Below, in pieces: positions 30,470 through 40,178 of a stretch of 64,000 bases of DNA; within the stretch, counting starts at the first letter, position 1, and each line of letters begins with the position of its first letter. The stretch is from Bacteroidota bacterium (lineage in GTDB: Bacteria > Bacteroidota > Bacteroidia > Chitinophagales > Chitinophagaceae): assembly GCA_039796475.1 (NCBI GenBank), contig JBDKJT010000058.1, positions 3,303 through 67,302 on the forward strand, written 5' to 3'. The notes beneath the pieces are model-generated. The model did no database searches. It had not been told where the DNA came from and saw nothing but the letters and a program-made list of their open reading frames with translations. Both the position numbers and the translations under genes were made by a program.

Positions 30470-31021
30470 TTAATTAAGCTGTGGATCGATGGGAAAGTTG
30501 ATCATCATTTCGTATCCTCCACCCAGGTGGGTAAGGCTGTCTTTCCATATTTCGTTGGGATCATCATGAAAAACCAGCGGTTGTGTTGCCTGTACTGTAA
30601 GCCAGCTTTTTTCTTTTAACTCGTTATTTAGCTGGCCATCGCCCCAGCCACTGTACCCGATAAAAAAACGCACTTTTGCAAAATCCAACTCGCCTTTTTT
30701 TACCATATCCGTCAGCATGTTAAAATCGCCGCCCCAGTAAATACCATTCATCACCTGCTGCCCGCCGGGTATTTTATCAGGATATTGATGGATAAAATGA
30801 ATGGTATCCATCTGTACAGGCCCGCCATAAAATACGGGTATCTGGTATCCATCAAAGCCATCCATCAGTTCGTCTAGTGTTTGCTCAAACTGTTTGTTTA
30901 CTACAAACCCAAAGCTGCCTTCCGCTTTATGCTCACACAAAAAAATTACCGTACGCATAAAGTTGGGGTCTTTCAGAAATGGATCTGCAATTAATAATAT
31001 GCCCGGCGCTGGCGAAATCAT
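30470..31021 (-). CDS. YqgE/AlgH family protein (UPF0301)
   Basis: GILLIADPFLKDPNFMRTVIFLCEHKAEGSFGFVVNK...YGGPV...GYSGWGDGQL, the characteristic YqgE/AlgH pattern. Confidence 0.88.
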   Translation of the reverse strand: MISPAPGILLIADPFLKDPNFMRTVIFLCEHKAEGSFGFVVNKQFEQTLDELMDGFDGYQIPVFYGGPVQMDTIHFIHQYPDKIPGGQQVMNGIYWGGDFNMLTDMVKKGELDFAKVRFFIGYSGWGDGQLNNELKEKSWLTVQATQPLVFHDDPNEIWKDSLTHLGGGYEMMINFPIDPQLN

Positions 31022-31163
31022 ATTCTAAAATAATAGATTATTTGCTTGCATCAACAGGGCTGCATAAAAATAATTTACCTGTTATCTGGTAAAGCTTCGT
31101 TAAATTTAGCACCGCCGGCAAATGCTAGCATAAAAGGCTGCAGGCTGGTTTATTTTTGCAAGG

Positions 31164-32486
31164 ATGAAGAGAATTTTCCCCGTTATCACTATACTTATTT
31201 TGCTTTCTTTACTAGGGCTTATTTTTTTCCAGGTGCTATGGTTAAAAGGAGCGTTAGAATCGCAGGAGCAAAAATTTAACGAGCATTTGATACTGGCTAC
31301 CTACCAGGTATCGCAGGATTTGGTGCAGGAAAAAGGCAACCTGATGCCCATGATAAAAAAGAACCCGTCTGTGTTTCCGAGCGAACGCCTGCAGATGGAA
31401 TTTTTTGCACCTACCATCATCCAAAAATTTACAAAAGACGAAATAAAACAAGTAATCCGGCGGGCATTTGACAAACAAAATCTGCAAAAAATACCGTTTG
31501 AATTTTCTATCAGCTCCACCTCTTTAATTGGCGAGGAGCTGGTATCCGACAACTACTACAAAATGCAGGGCGATACGATCAACAATATCCGCCAGGCAAT
31601 TTTTTTAGAGTCGCCCAGTGGTAGTAATTCCGAGGGTATATCACCACAAGAAATTTTAGTAATTCTTATCCCCCATGTTAAAAATTTTATTTGGGGATCG
31701 ATGACATGGCTTATTGTAGGCGCCATCCTGTTTACCATTATCATCATGTGTGCTTTTTTTATTACCGTAAGGGCATTGATTAAACAAAAAAAACTAAGCG
31801 AAATAAAATCTGACTTTATCAATAACATGACGCATGAATTTAAAACTCCCCTGGCCACTATTTCGCTGGCGGTAGATGCGTTAAAAAACGAAAAAGTACT
31901 GGCCGATAAAGAAAAACTGAATTACTTTACTGGTATTATTAAAGAAGAAAATAAGCGGATGAACAAACAGGTAGAAACCATACTGCAAGCCGCTTTGCTG
32001 GATAAGCAGGAGGTGCAGTTAAATCTTAAAAAATTATCTGCCCACGACCTTATTAACAGCGCCCTTAATAATATACAACTACAAGTAGAAGAAAAAGGCG
32101 GTAAGCTAAGTGTGCAATTGGGTGCAACAAAAGATATGTTGATGGCCGATGAAGTACATTTTACCAACCTCATTAATAACCTGTTGGATAATGCGGTAAA
32201 GTATTCAAAAGATAACCTGCATATTTCGCTTACTACTTATAACAGCAATACCGTTTTTAAAATAAAAATTGAAGACAACGGTATTGGTATGAATAAAGAA
32301 ACACTCAGCAGGATTTTCGAAAAATTTTACAGGGCACACACTGGTAATTTACACAATGTAAAAGGCTTTGGCCTTGGCTTAAGTTATGTAAAAACCATGG
32401 TAGATGCTCACCACGGCACTATTAAAGCCGATAGCATGGTGGGCCGTGGTAGCAGTTTTTTATTAAGCTTTCCTTTAACCAAGTAG
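31164..32486 (+). CDS. sensor histidine kinase (orphan)
   Basis: Two TM helices are followed by an H-box (FINNMTHEFKTPLATI). The HATPase_c N, G1 and G2 boxes are present (NLLDNAVKY; EDNGIGM; GFGLGLSYV). No response regulator is adjacent. Confidence 0.9.
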   Translation: MKRIFPVITILILLSLLGLIFFQVLWLKGALESQEQKFNEHLILATYQVSQDLVQEKGNLMPMIKKNPSVFPSERLQMEFFAPTIIQKFTKDEIKQVIRRAFDKQNLQKIPFEFSISSTSLIGEELVSDNYYKMQGDTINNIRQAIFLESPSGSNSEGISPQEILVILIPHVKNFIWGSMTWLIVGAILFTIIIMCAFFITVRALIKQKKLSEIKSDFINNMTHEFKTPLATISLAVDALKNEKVLADKEKLNYFTGIIKEENKRMNKQVETILQAALLDKQEVQLNLKKLSAHDLINSALNNIQLQVEEKGGKLSVQLGATKDMLMADEVHFTNLINNLLDNAVKYSKDNLHISLTTYNSNTVFKIKIEDNGIGMNKETLSRIFEKFYRAHTGNLHNVKGFGLGLSYVKTMVDAHHGTIKADSMVGRGSSFLLSFPLTK

Positions 32487-32888
32487 GCTTCGTTTAGCAA
32501 CGGGCACTACCAATTTTAAGCCACTCCACTCATCACTTACTGCACACACTTTTATATCTACCAATTGATTGGCTAGTGCATATTTGCGTATGGCTGTTTC
32601 GGTGATATCCGTAGCAATGCCACTGCTTTTTTTGTACCACGATACCCATATTACCGTGGTAGGCTTCATCTTACCAGTTAGTATGGCCATTTCTTGCTCA
32701 AATACCAATTGGCTTTTTACAAACAAGTGTATAAAATCCGGCTTTTCATTTTTTGGGCAAAGCTGTTGGCTAATGTCTGTTGCCAGCCAGCTTACATAAT
32801 GTTCCGGTGGGTGTATCAGCAATACCCGGTCGGTTTTTTTTATGCCTAATTTTTTCAGCAGGGGCGTGCCCGAATAACCAGCTTGCAT
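32475..32888 (-). CDS. DUF3052 domain-containing protein
   Basis: The start is moved to MQAGYSGTPLLKKLGIKKTDRVLLIHPP, the typical DUF3052 N-terminus. The 3' end overlaps the 3' end of the convergent kinase gene by 12 nt. Confidence 0.65.
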   Translation of the reverse strand: MQAGYSGTPLLKKLGIKKTDRVLLIHPPEHYVSWLATDISQQLCPKNEKPDFIHLFVKSQLVFEQEMAILTGKMKPTTVIWVSWYKKSSGIATDITETAIRKYALANQLVDIKVCAVSDEWSGLKLVVPVAKRSLLG

Positions 32889-33041
32889 AACAGTGTTTTT
32901 AGTAATTAACAGGTAATCCACAGGTATTGCACATCAATCCACATAGCTGTTCACAAAAAAACACTTCAAAAAGCACTCTAATGCACAGCCCTTATGGGCC
33001 ACAGCCTTGTGGATAAAAACTTTTTTCCATTATTTGGTACG

Positions 33042-33080
33042 AAAGTGGGAAAAAGTGTTATTTTGTGTTAATTAATGTTG
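33042..33080 (+). promoter_or_regulatory. putative MraZ operator: GTG-core direct repeats with exact 10-bp period
   Basis: The sequence is AAAGTGGGAA AAAGTGTTAT TTTGTGTTAA TTAATGTTGG. The GTG/ATG cores sit at 33045, 33055, 33065 and 33075, 25-60 nt upstream of the mraZ ATG (33102). Confidence 0.5.
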
Positions 33081-33101
33081 GTTATTGCAAAAATTTAATG
33101 A

Positions 33102-33560
33102 ATGATTGGTTTTCTCGGCGAATACGAAGTTACACTAGATGCCAAAGGCAGATTTTTACTGCCGGCAGGCTTCAAAAAGCAGCTCTCCGGAGATGCCGCC
33201 GCCCAGTTTGTAGTAAACCGGGGAATTGAGCAATGCCTTACATTATACCCAATGCAAACATGGGAACCTGTATTTTCCGAAATCAGCAAATTGAATGATT
33301 TTGATCCACAAGTTAGGGAATTCCGCCGCTCTTTTTTAAACGGTGCCACCCAGCTAGAGTTGGATTCAGCCGGCAGGTTGTTATTGCCAAAACCATTGGC
33401 CGAGTATGCCGGGCTCGAAAAGGATGTGCTGCTGGTATCGGCAGTTAACAAAATTGAAATTTGGGATAGTAGTAAATATAAAAAGCTCTTTGAATCTTTT
33501 TCACCAGACAATTACAGCAAGCTGGCTAATGCGGTGATGAATAAAAAAACAGATGGGTGA
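33102..33560 (+). CDS. mraZ: division/cell wall cluster transcriptional regulator MraZ
   Basis: MIGFLGEYEVTLDAKGRFLLPAGFKK... plus a second repeat ...LDSAGRLLLPKPL.... It is the first gene of the dcw cluster. Confidence 0.95.
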   Translation: MIGFLGEYEVTLDAKGRFLLPAGFKKQLSGDAAAQFVVNRGIEQCLTLYPMQTWEPVFSEISKLNDFDPQVREFRRSFLNGATQLELDSAGRLLLPKPLAEYAGLEKDVLLVSAVNKIEIWDSSKYKKLFESFSPDNYSKLANAVMNKKTDG

Positions 33561-33577
33561 CAAACAAAATTGTTGAT

Positions 33578-34552
33578 ATGAGTAAAACGAACAACGGCAA
33601 CAAATCAACAATAGAACAACCCAATAATTCACCGGATGGTTATCATATACCCGTGTTGTTACATGAAACCATCGAAGCATTAAATATTAAAGCCGGCGGC
33701 GTGTATGTAGACTGCACTTTTGGTGGTGGCGGCCATAGCAGGGCGCTGTTAAATAAACTGGGCCCCACCGGCAGGCTGGTAGTTTTTGATCAGGATGCAG
33801 ATGCCAAACAAAATGTGCCGGCAGATGAGCGGGTGTTGTTTGTGCCACAAAACTTCAGGCATTTGCAACGTTTTTTGCGCTTGCATAAAATTACCGAAGT
33901 TGATGGTATCATGGCAGATTTAGGGGTATCCAGCCACCAGTTTGACGAAGCCGGCAGGGGGTTTTCTACCAGGTTTGATGCAGCACTGGATATGCGGATG
34001 GATCAACGGCAAGGCAGTACGGCCGCTGATGTGTTAAAAACATTAAGCGAAGCACAGTTGCATAAATTGTTTGAACAGTATGGCGAGGTAACCAATGCTA
34101 AAACACTGGCCAAAACCATCGTTCAGCAACGGGCCATTGCTCCCATCAAAACAATTAACGAGCTAAAGCTTGCCATACAAGCAGTGGTGAAAGGGAATCC
34201 CCAAAAATATTTTGCCCAGGTGTTTCAGGCGTTGCGGATAGAGGTAAATGATGAGTTAGGTGCTTTGAAAGAACTATTGCTCCAATCTGCTCCCCTTTTA
34301 AAACCTTCTGCCCGTATAGCCATTATCACTTTTCATTCTTTAGAAGACAGGCTGGTTAAAATTTTTTTTCGGTCGGGTACATTTACCGAAACCGAAACGC
34401 AAGATGTATATGGCACAAAAGCCCAAAGCCCGTTTAGGCTGGTTAATAAAAAACCAATAATGGCGCAGGCGGGTGAATTAAAAAATAATAGCCGAAGCAG
34501 AAGTGCAAAGCTTAGAGTGGCAGAAAAAAATAGTACACAAGGTTTATCATAA
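33578..34552 (+). CDS. rsmH: 16S rRNA (cytosine1402-N4)-methyltransferase
   Basis: YHIPVLLHETIEAL...VYVDCTFGGGGHSRALL...DLGVSSHQFD...ITFHSLEDRLVK. The start is either ATG 33578 or GTG 33557, the latter overlapping the mraZ stop. Confidence 0.93.
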   Translation: MSKTNNGNKSTIEQPNNSPDGYHIPVLLHETIEALNIKAGGVYVDCTFGGGGHSRALLNKLGPTGRLVVFDQDADAKQNVPADERVLFVPQNFRHLQRFLRLHKITEVDGIMADLGVSSHQFDEAGRGFSTRFDAALDMRMDQRQGSTAADVLKTLSEAQLHKLFEQYGEVTNAKTLAKTIVQQRAIAPIKTINELKLAIQAVVKGNPQKYFAQVFQALRIEVNDELGALKELLLQSAPLLKPSARIAIITFHSLEDRLVKIFFRSGTFTETETQDVYGTKAQSPFRLVNKKPIMAQAGELKNNSRSRSAKLRVAEKNSTQGLS

Positions 34553-34557
34553 AGCCA

Positions 34558-34917
34558 ATGGCGCAATTAAAAACAGTACAGCAAGAAGAGCAACCCAAAA
34601 GCAGGTTTGCAATAAAAAAATTGCTTCGCTCTAAATGGGTGGTAGATAACATACCCTTTTTCTTGTTCCTGGCTTTTTTGGCAGTGTTATATATCTACAA
34701 TGGGCACTTGGCAGATAAGCTAACCCGAAAAATAAGTAAAACAGAAAAGCATATCAAGGAATTACAGTACGAGTATAAAACAGTAAAGAGTGAGGTGATT
34801 TTCAGGAGTAAAGCCAGCGAATTGGTAAAAGCAGTGGAGCCTCTTGGATTAAAAGAGTTAACAGAGCCACCGGTACTGTTAGCTGAAGATTCAGTATCAG
34901 TAGCAGTAAGTCAATAA
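34558..34917 (+). CDS. ftsL: FtsL-like cell division protein
   Basis: 119 aa with a single TM helix (IPFFLFLAFLAVLYIY) followed by a coiled segment. It occupies the canonical slot between rsmH and ftsI. Confidence 0.7.
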   Translation: MAQLKTVQQEEQPKSRFAIKKLLRSKWVVDNIPFFLFLAFLAVLYIYNGHLADKLTRKISKTEKHIKELQYEYKTVKSEVIFRSKASELVKAVEPLGLKELTEPPVLLAEDSVSVAVSQ

Positions 34918-34952
34918 CAACATAAATAATTTATCCCTTAGGTAGCAGTGGC

Positions 34953-37079
34953 ATGGATATAAAAAAAGACATATTGTGGCGGGTGTATCTCTGCTTTTTG
35001 GGCATAGTAATTATTGGGCTGGTAGTATTAGGCAAAGCAGCGTATATACAAAGGGTAGAGGGTAGTTACTGGAGAAGCATGGGCGATAGCCTTCATCAAA
35101 AATTTATTCCGCTTAGTGCAGAGCGGGGTACCATATACAGTGAGGATGGAAATATGCTAAGCACTTCGGTGCCCATTTTTGATGTGTACGTAGATTTTGG
35201 GGCAGATGGATTAAGAGAAAAAAATGGCTTTAGGTTTAAAGAAAATGTGGATTCCTTAAGTATTAACCTGGCAGCATTGTTTAAAGATAAAAATGCCAGC
35301 GAGTATAAAAAAGAAATGCAGCTTGCCTACAAAAATAAAGACCGCTATTACCCCCTAAAAAAGAAAATAACTTTTGATGAATACCTGTCTCTAAGAGATT
35401 TTCCTTTGGTAAGGCAGGGCAGAAATAAAAGCGGCTTTATTACAGATGTTAGGGATAAACGTATCAATCCGTATGTATTGCTGGCTAACAGAACCATCGG
35501 CTTGTCAAGGGCCAACGCCAAGCAAAATGTAGGGCTGGAGCAAAGTTACGACAGCGTACTGCGTGGTACCACCGGGCAGCGTTTAATGCGCTATATAGCT
35601 GGTGCCTATATGCCCGTAGAAGGGCTGGAGGTAGAGCCAGAAAATGGCAAAGATGTAATAACAACGTTGGATACTTACATGCAGGATGTGGCAGAAAATG
35701 CCCTCATGAAAATGCTGATAAATAATAACTCATTGCATGGTACCGCCATTATTATGGAAACCGCAACGGGTAAAATTAAAGCTATTGCCAACTTGGGTAA
35801 GCAAGCAGACGGTACTTATATAGAAGACCTTAATTACGGCGTTGGTAAAGCCACCGAACCAGGTTCTGTTTTTAAGTTGGCTACCACCATTGCTTTAATG
35901 GAAGATAAATATGTAACAAAAAATTCAATCGTGGATTGTGAGGGTGGGGCAAAATCTTTTTATGGATTAAGAATCAGGGATTCTCATTTAGGCGCAGGGC
36001 AAATTTCTGTAAAGGAAGCATTTATGCGAAGCAGTAATGTTGCTTTTGCAAAACTTGCCGATCAGTATTATCACAACCAGCCATCCAGGTTTATAGCACA
36101 TTTGCACCGTTTTCATTTAGATACTATTACTGGGGTAGATGTTGTAGCATCTTCCGGCAAGCCTACTATTAAAAAACCATCTAACAGAAGCTGGGCCAAA
36201 ACTACCATACCGTATATGGCACATGGATACGAAGAGCTGGTAACTCCATTGCATATGCTGATGTTGTATAATGCAGTAGCCAATAACGGCACATTAATGA
36301 AGCCATACCTGGTAAATTCAATAAGGGAGTATGGGGTGGATATAAAAGTATTTAACCCGGTAGTGCTCGAAAATAAAATATGCAGCGACGAAACACTACA
36401 GCAAATTAAAGAGTGCCTGGCTGCTGTGGTAGATAGCCTGCATGGCACCGGCCACAGGGTATTGTACGATAGTACTTATCGTATAGCTGGCAAAACTGGC
36501 ACCGCTGTAACGGCTTTAAATAACAAAGGATACAACAAAGGAAACAAAATTTACCAAGCCTCTTTTATTGGTTATTTCCCGGCACAGCAGCCAAAATATA
36601 CCATGGCAGTGGTAATACAAAATAGCCGGGAGTCTAAATTAATCTATGGTGCCGATGTAGCAGGTAATGTGTTTAAAGAGATAAGCGACAAAGTGTATGC
36701 CCGCTATTTTAGTAATAAAAAACTGGTAAGCCCGGCTGTAAATGATACGCTGTTGTATAACAATTACGGATTAAAAAACGAACTAAATGCGTTGTTTGGA
36801 GCTTTAAATATTTCTTTTACCGATGCTGCTAGCGGCAGTGGATACTGGCGTACCATGCAGGTAAAAAACAATACAGCGCAATTGCAGTCATTGGATAATA
36901 GTATGGCTAGCAATATTATCCCGAGTGTGTTGGGTATGGGGTTAAAAGATGCAGTGTACCTGGCAGAAAATAAAGGGCTAAAAGTAATAGCCACCGGAAA
37001 AGGAAAAGTAATTAATCAAAGTTTGTTACCAGGTACAGCTTTTAAAAAAGGTCAAACCATTACACTGTCGTTAAATTGA
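34953..37079 (+). CDS. ftsI: penicillin-binding protein (FtsI/PBP3-type transpeptidase) with C-terminal PASTA-like domain
   Basis: An N-terminal TM anchor and dimerisation domain precede the transpeptidase motifs. These are an SxxK box (EPGSVFKLAT), an SxN box (RSSN) and a KTG box (AGKTGTA). Confidence 0.9.
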   Translation: MDIKKDILWRVYLCFLGIVIIGLVVLGKAAYIQRVEGSYWRSMGDSLHQKFIPLSAERGTIYSEDGNMLSTSVPIFDVYVDFGADGLREKNGFRFKENVDSLSINLAALFKDKNASEYKKEMQLAYKNKDRYYPLKKKITFDEYLSLRDFPLVRQGRNKSGFITDVRDKRINPYVLLANRTIGLSRANAKQNVGLEQSYDSVLRGTTGQRLMRYIAGAYMPVEGLEVEPENGKDVITTLDTYMQDVAENALMKMLINNNSLHGTAIIMETATGKIKAIANLGKQADGTYIEDLNYGVGKATEPGSVFKLATTIALMEDKYVTKNSIVDCEGGAKSFYGLRIRDSHLGAGQISVKEAFMRSSNVAFAKLADQYYHNQPSRFIAHLHRFHLDTITGVDVVASSGKPTIKKPSNRSWAKTTIPYMAHGYEELVTPLHMLMLYNAVANNGTLMKPYLVNSIREYGVDIKVFNPVVLENKICSDETLQQIKECLAAVVDSLHGTGHRVLYDSTYRIAGKTGTAVTALNNKGYNKGNKIYQASFIGYFPAQQPKYTMAVVIQNSRESKLIYGADVAGNVFKEISDKVYARYFSNKKLVSPAVNDTLLYNNYGLKNELNALFGALNISFTDAASGSGYWRTMQVKNNTAQLQSLDNSMASNIIPSVLGMGLKDAVYLAENKGLKVIATGKGKVINQSLLPGTAFKKGQTITLSLN

Positions 37080-38539
37080 TTTTACAAGACGTACTATATA
37101 AAGTAAATATTCGCTCGGTACAGGGCAGTACGGCCGTTACTATTAACGATCTGCAGCTTAATTCCGTAAAAGTTTTACCTGGTGCCTGTTTTATTGCAGT
37201 AAAAGGTAGTGCCGCCGATGGTCACCAGTATATAGATACAGCCATTGCCAATGGTGCTGTTGCCATCATTTGCCAAACATTACCGGCACAGTTAAATAGC
37301 AATATCACTTATGTACAGGTAGATAACAGTGCATTGGCGGCTGCCATTGCCAGCCACAATTTTTATGGCGAGCCATCTGCTAAATTAAAGCTGGTAGGCG
37401 TTACCGGCACCAATGGTAAAACCACCATTGCCACTGTATTATGGAAGTTGTTTAGCGCTTTAGGATACCAGTGCGGCCTAATAAGTACGATACAAAATCA
37501 GGTTGGGCAGCAGGTGTTAACTTCTACTCACACCACGCCCGATGCCGTAAGCACCAGTAAGCTGTTGCGGCAAATGCTGGATGCTGGTTGCACCTATGTA
37601 TTTATGGAGTGCAGCAGCCATGCCATACACCAGTACCGTATAGCTGGCCTATATTTTACTGGCGCAATTTTTAGCAATATCACACACGATCATTTAGATT
37701 ATCATAAAACATTTGATGAATACATCCGTGTAAAAAAATCGTGGTTTGATGCCTTGCCTTCGGCTGCATTTGCTATCAGCAACCTGGATGATAAAAGAGG
37801 GGCTGTGATGTTGCAAAATACTGTTGCCAAAAAATACTACTACAGTCTTAAAACACTGGCTGATTTTAAAGGAAAAATTCTTGAAAACAGCTTTACCGGT
37901 TTACACATGCTTGTGAACGAGCAGGAGGTATACTTTAGGTTGATTGGAGAGTTTAATGCGTATAATATACTGGCAGTGGTAGCAGCCGCTATTTGCCTGG
38001 GGCAGGATAAACAAACTGTATTACAACACCTGAGTAACCTGCCCGGTGCAGAAGGAAGGTTTGATTACCTCGTTAGCAATAAAGATAATGTGGTAGCTAT
38101 AGTGGATTATGCTCATACACCTGATGCGCTATTAAATGTGTTGGCTACCATCAAAAAGTTAAAACAGGGCAACGAAAAATTGATTACGGTAGTGGGATGT
38201 GGTGGCGATCGGGATAAAACAAAACGTCCCGTGATGGCAGAGGTAGCTTGTGAGTACAGCGACAGGGTAATTTTTACTTCCGATAATCCACGTAGCGAAG
38301 ATGCTCAACAAATAATTACAGAGATGGAGGCAGGTGTAAGTGTGGTGGCACGTAAAAAATATATTTCCATCACCGATAGAAAAGAGGCTATTAAAACAGC
38401 CGTTAGCCTCGCCGACAAAAACGATATCGTACTGGTAGCTGGTAAAGGACACGAAAAATACCAGGAGATAAAAGGAGTGAAATACGATTTTGATGATAAA
38501 GGAGTGCTGATGGAAGTATTTGAATTGCTGGATAAATAG
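37076..38539 (+). CDS. murE: UDP-N-acetylmuramoyl-L-alanyl-D-glutamate--2,6-diaminopimelate ligase
   Basis: VGVTGTNGKTT, ...NITHDHLDYH..., and DNPR (TSDNPRSE) are Mur ligase and MurE motifs. The TTG start overlaps the ftsI stop. Confidence 0.92.
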   Translation: MILQDVLYKVNIRSVQGSTAVTINDLQLNSVKVLPGACFIAVKGSAADGHQYIDTAIANGAVAIICQTLPAQLNSNITYVQVDNSALAAAIASHNFYGEPSAKLKLVGVTGTNGKTTIATVLWKLFSALGYQCGLISTIQNQVGQQVLTSTHTTPDAVSTSKLLRQMLDAGCTYVFMECSSHAIHQYRIAGLYFTGAIFSNITHDHLDYHKTFDEYIRVKKSWFDALPSAAFAISNLDDKRGAVMLQNTVAKKYYYSLKTLADFKGKILENSFTGLHMLVNEQEVYFRLIGEFNAYNILAVVAAAICLGQDKQTVLQHLSNLPGAEGRFDYLVSNKDNVVAIVDYAHTPDALLNVLATIKKLKQGNEKLITVVGCGGDRDKTKRPVMAEVACEYSDRVIFTSDNPRSEDAQQIITEMEAGVSVVARKKYISITDRKEAIKTAVSLADKNDIVLVAGKGHEKYQEIKGVKYDFDDKGVLMEVFELLDK

Positions 38540-38639
38540 TAATAGCCTGTGCACTTTAATAAAATATGGCAGGCAGCATTAATAAAAATTGTAAACAATA
38601 ACGCTAAACCCTTCCGCAGGAAGATGGAGGCCACCAAAT

Positions 38640-39938
38640 ATGCTATATCATTTATTTGATTGGTTAACGCAACACTGGAAAACATCCAGCTTCCCTGGTA
38701 GTGGACTCTTTCAGTTTATCACTTTTAGGGTATTGCTGGCCGTAACGCTCAGCTTAATTATCTCTACTGTGTTTGGCAGAAGGCTTATCAATTTTCTGCA
38801 AAAAAAGCAATTGGGCGAAAGTGTAAGAGATTTAGGCCTTGCAGGCGAGCAGCAAAAAAAAGGCACCCCCACCATGGGTGGTATTATTATTTTGATGGCC
38901 ATCATCATACCCACTTTATTGCTGGCCAATTTAGATAAAACCTATATACGCCTGATGCTGCTGTGTACGGTTTGGTTGGGTGTAATCGGGTTTATTGATG
39001 ATTATTTAAAAATAAGGGCTAAGCGTTTAGCGCAGCAAAAAGGTATTGCCTACAAAAAAAGTGATAGCGATGGATTAGCAGGAAGGTTTAAAATTTTCGG
39101 GCAGGTAATGCTGGGGGTAATTGTAGGGGTAACACTTTACTTTAGCCCAAGCGTAACGGTAAAAAGAGAAATTGTAAACGAGCAGGTAACCATACAACCC
39201 GGCGAAAGAAAAATTAATGAAGATACAGTAGTGCTGGATGGAAAAGCTCATCGGTTTGTAACAGTTAAAACACCGATTACCACAATTCCATTTGTAAAAA
39301 ATCATGAGTTTAACTATGCCCGTTTGCTGCCTCAATCCTGGCAAGATTATACCTATATCATTTATATTATTATAGTGATTTTTATAGTAACCGCAGTAAG
39401 CAACGGCGCTAATATTACAGATGGCTTGGATGGATTGGCAACAGGGGTAAGTGCCATCATTGGCATTTGCCTGGGCATATTTGCCTATGTAAGCGGAAAC
39501 ATAAAATTTGCCGAATACCTCAACATTATGTACATCCCCAATTTGGGTGAGTTGTCCATTTTCATCGCCGCTTTTGTGGGGGCATGTATTGGCTTTTTAT
39601 GGTACAATGCTTACCCGGCGCAGGTATTTATGGGTGATACCGGCAGCCTGGCACTAGGTGGTATCATTGCAGCGCTGGCAATTATTGTGAGAAAAGAATT
39701 ACTGATTCCATTTTTCTGTTTTGTGTTTTTAGTAGAAAACCTAAGTGTAATGATACAGGTAAGCTATTTTAAATACACCAAAAAGAAATATGGCGAGGGG
39801 CGAAGGGTGTTTTTAATGAGCCCCCTGCACCACCATTATCAAAAAAAGGGATTTCATGAAAGTAAGATTGCTGTAAGGTTTTGGATTGTAACCATTTTGT
39901 GTGTGGTGATGGCAATTGTAACATTAAAAATGCGATAA
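38640..39938 (+). CDS. mraY: phospho-N-acetylmuramoyl-pentapeptide transferase
   Basis: [13 protein letters not shown]...IGFIDDYLK...[13 protein letters not shown]...[12 protein letters not shown]...SPLHHHYQ, MraY motifs in a polytopic membrane protein. Confidence 0.95.
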   Translation: MLYHLFDWLTQHWKTSSFPGSGLFQFITFRVLLAVTLSLIISTVFGRRLINFLQKKQLGESVRDLGLAGEQQKKGTPTMGGIIILMAIIIPTLLLANLDKTYIRLMLLCTVWLGVIGFIDDYLKIRAKRLAQQKGIAYKKSDSDGLAGRFKIFGQVMLGVIVGVTLYFSPSVTVKREIVNEQVTIQPGERKINEDTVVLDGKAHRFVTVKTPITTIPFVKNHEFNYARLLPQSWQDYTYIIYIIIVIFIVTAVSNGANITDGLDGLATGVSAIIGICLGIFAYVSGNIKFAEYLNIMYIPNLGELSIFIAAFVGACIGFLWYNAYPAQVFMGDTGSLALGGIIAALAIIVRKELLIPFFCFVFLVENLSVMIQVSYFKYTKKKYGEGRRVFLMSPLHHHYQKKGFHESKIAVRFWIVTILCVVMAIVTLKMR

Positions 39939-40035
39939 GCAGTGTTGTTAAAGCAAACTGTTTAGCAACAATATTATTCTGTATTTATGAAAAAAAGCGC
40001 TGTGGTTTTGCTGCAGCACCTAAAGAAAACAGCCC

Positions 40036-40145
40036 GTTAAATTCTATCTATTGAAGAACCATTTTTTCGTACTGTGAAAACAATTTGTGCCGTGAAAATA
40101 AACGTATAGACCTGTTAAATTCTATACTGCTGAAAAACCATTTTT
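40036..40145 (+). repeat. two copies of a ~31-bp imperfect direct repeat in the 240-bp mraY-murD spacer
   Basis: Copy 1 (40036-40066) is GTTAAATTCTAT-ctat-TGAAGAACCATTTTT. Copy 2 (40114-40145) is GTTAAATTCTAT-actgc-TGAAAAACCATTTTT. The 12-mer is identical and the 15-mer matches 14/15, with a period of 78 bp. A GTGAAAA-N11-GTGAAAA pair lies between the copies. Confidence 0.75.
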
Positions 40146-40178
40146 ATTATTCTATCAACCCCTGGTAATTAAACTAAG

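Noticed and set aside
30467-30472. Convergent genes abutting or overlapping at their 3' ends: PNP and YqgE have adjacent stop codons, the kinase and DUF3052 genes overlap by 12 nt, and glpF and RDD overlap by 14 nt.
   Set aside because: Compact convergent gene ends are common in dense bacterial genomes, and no additional signal is visible.
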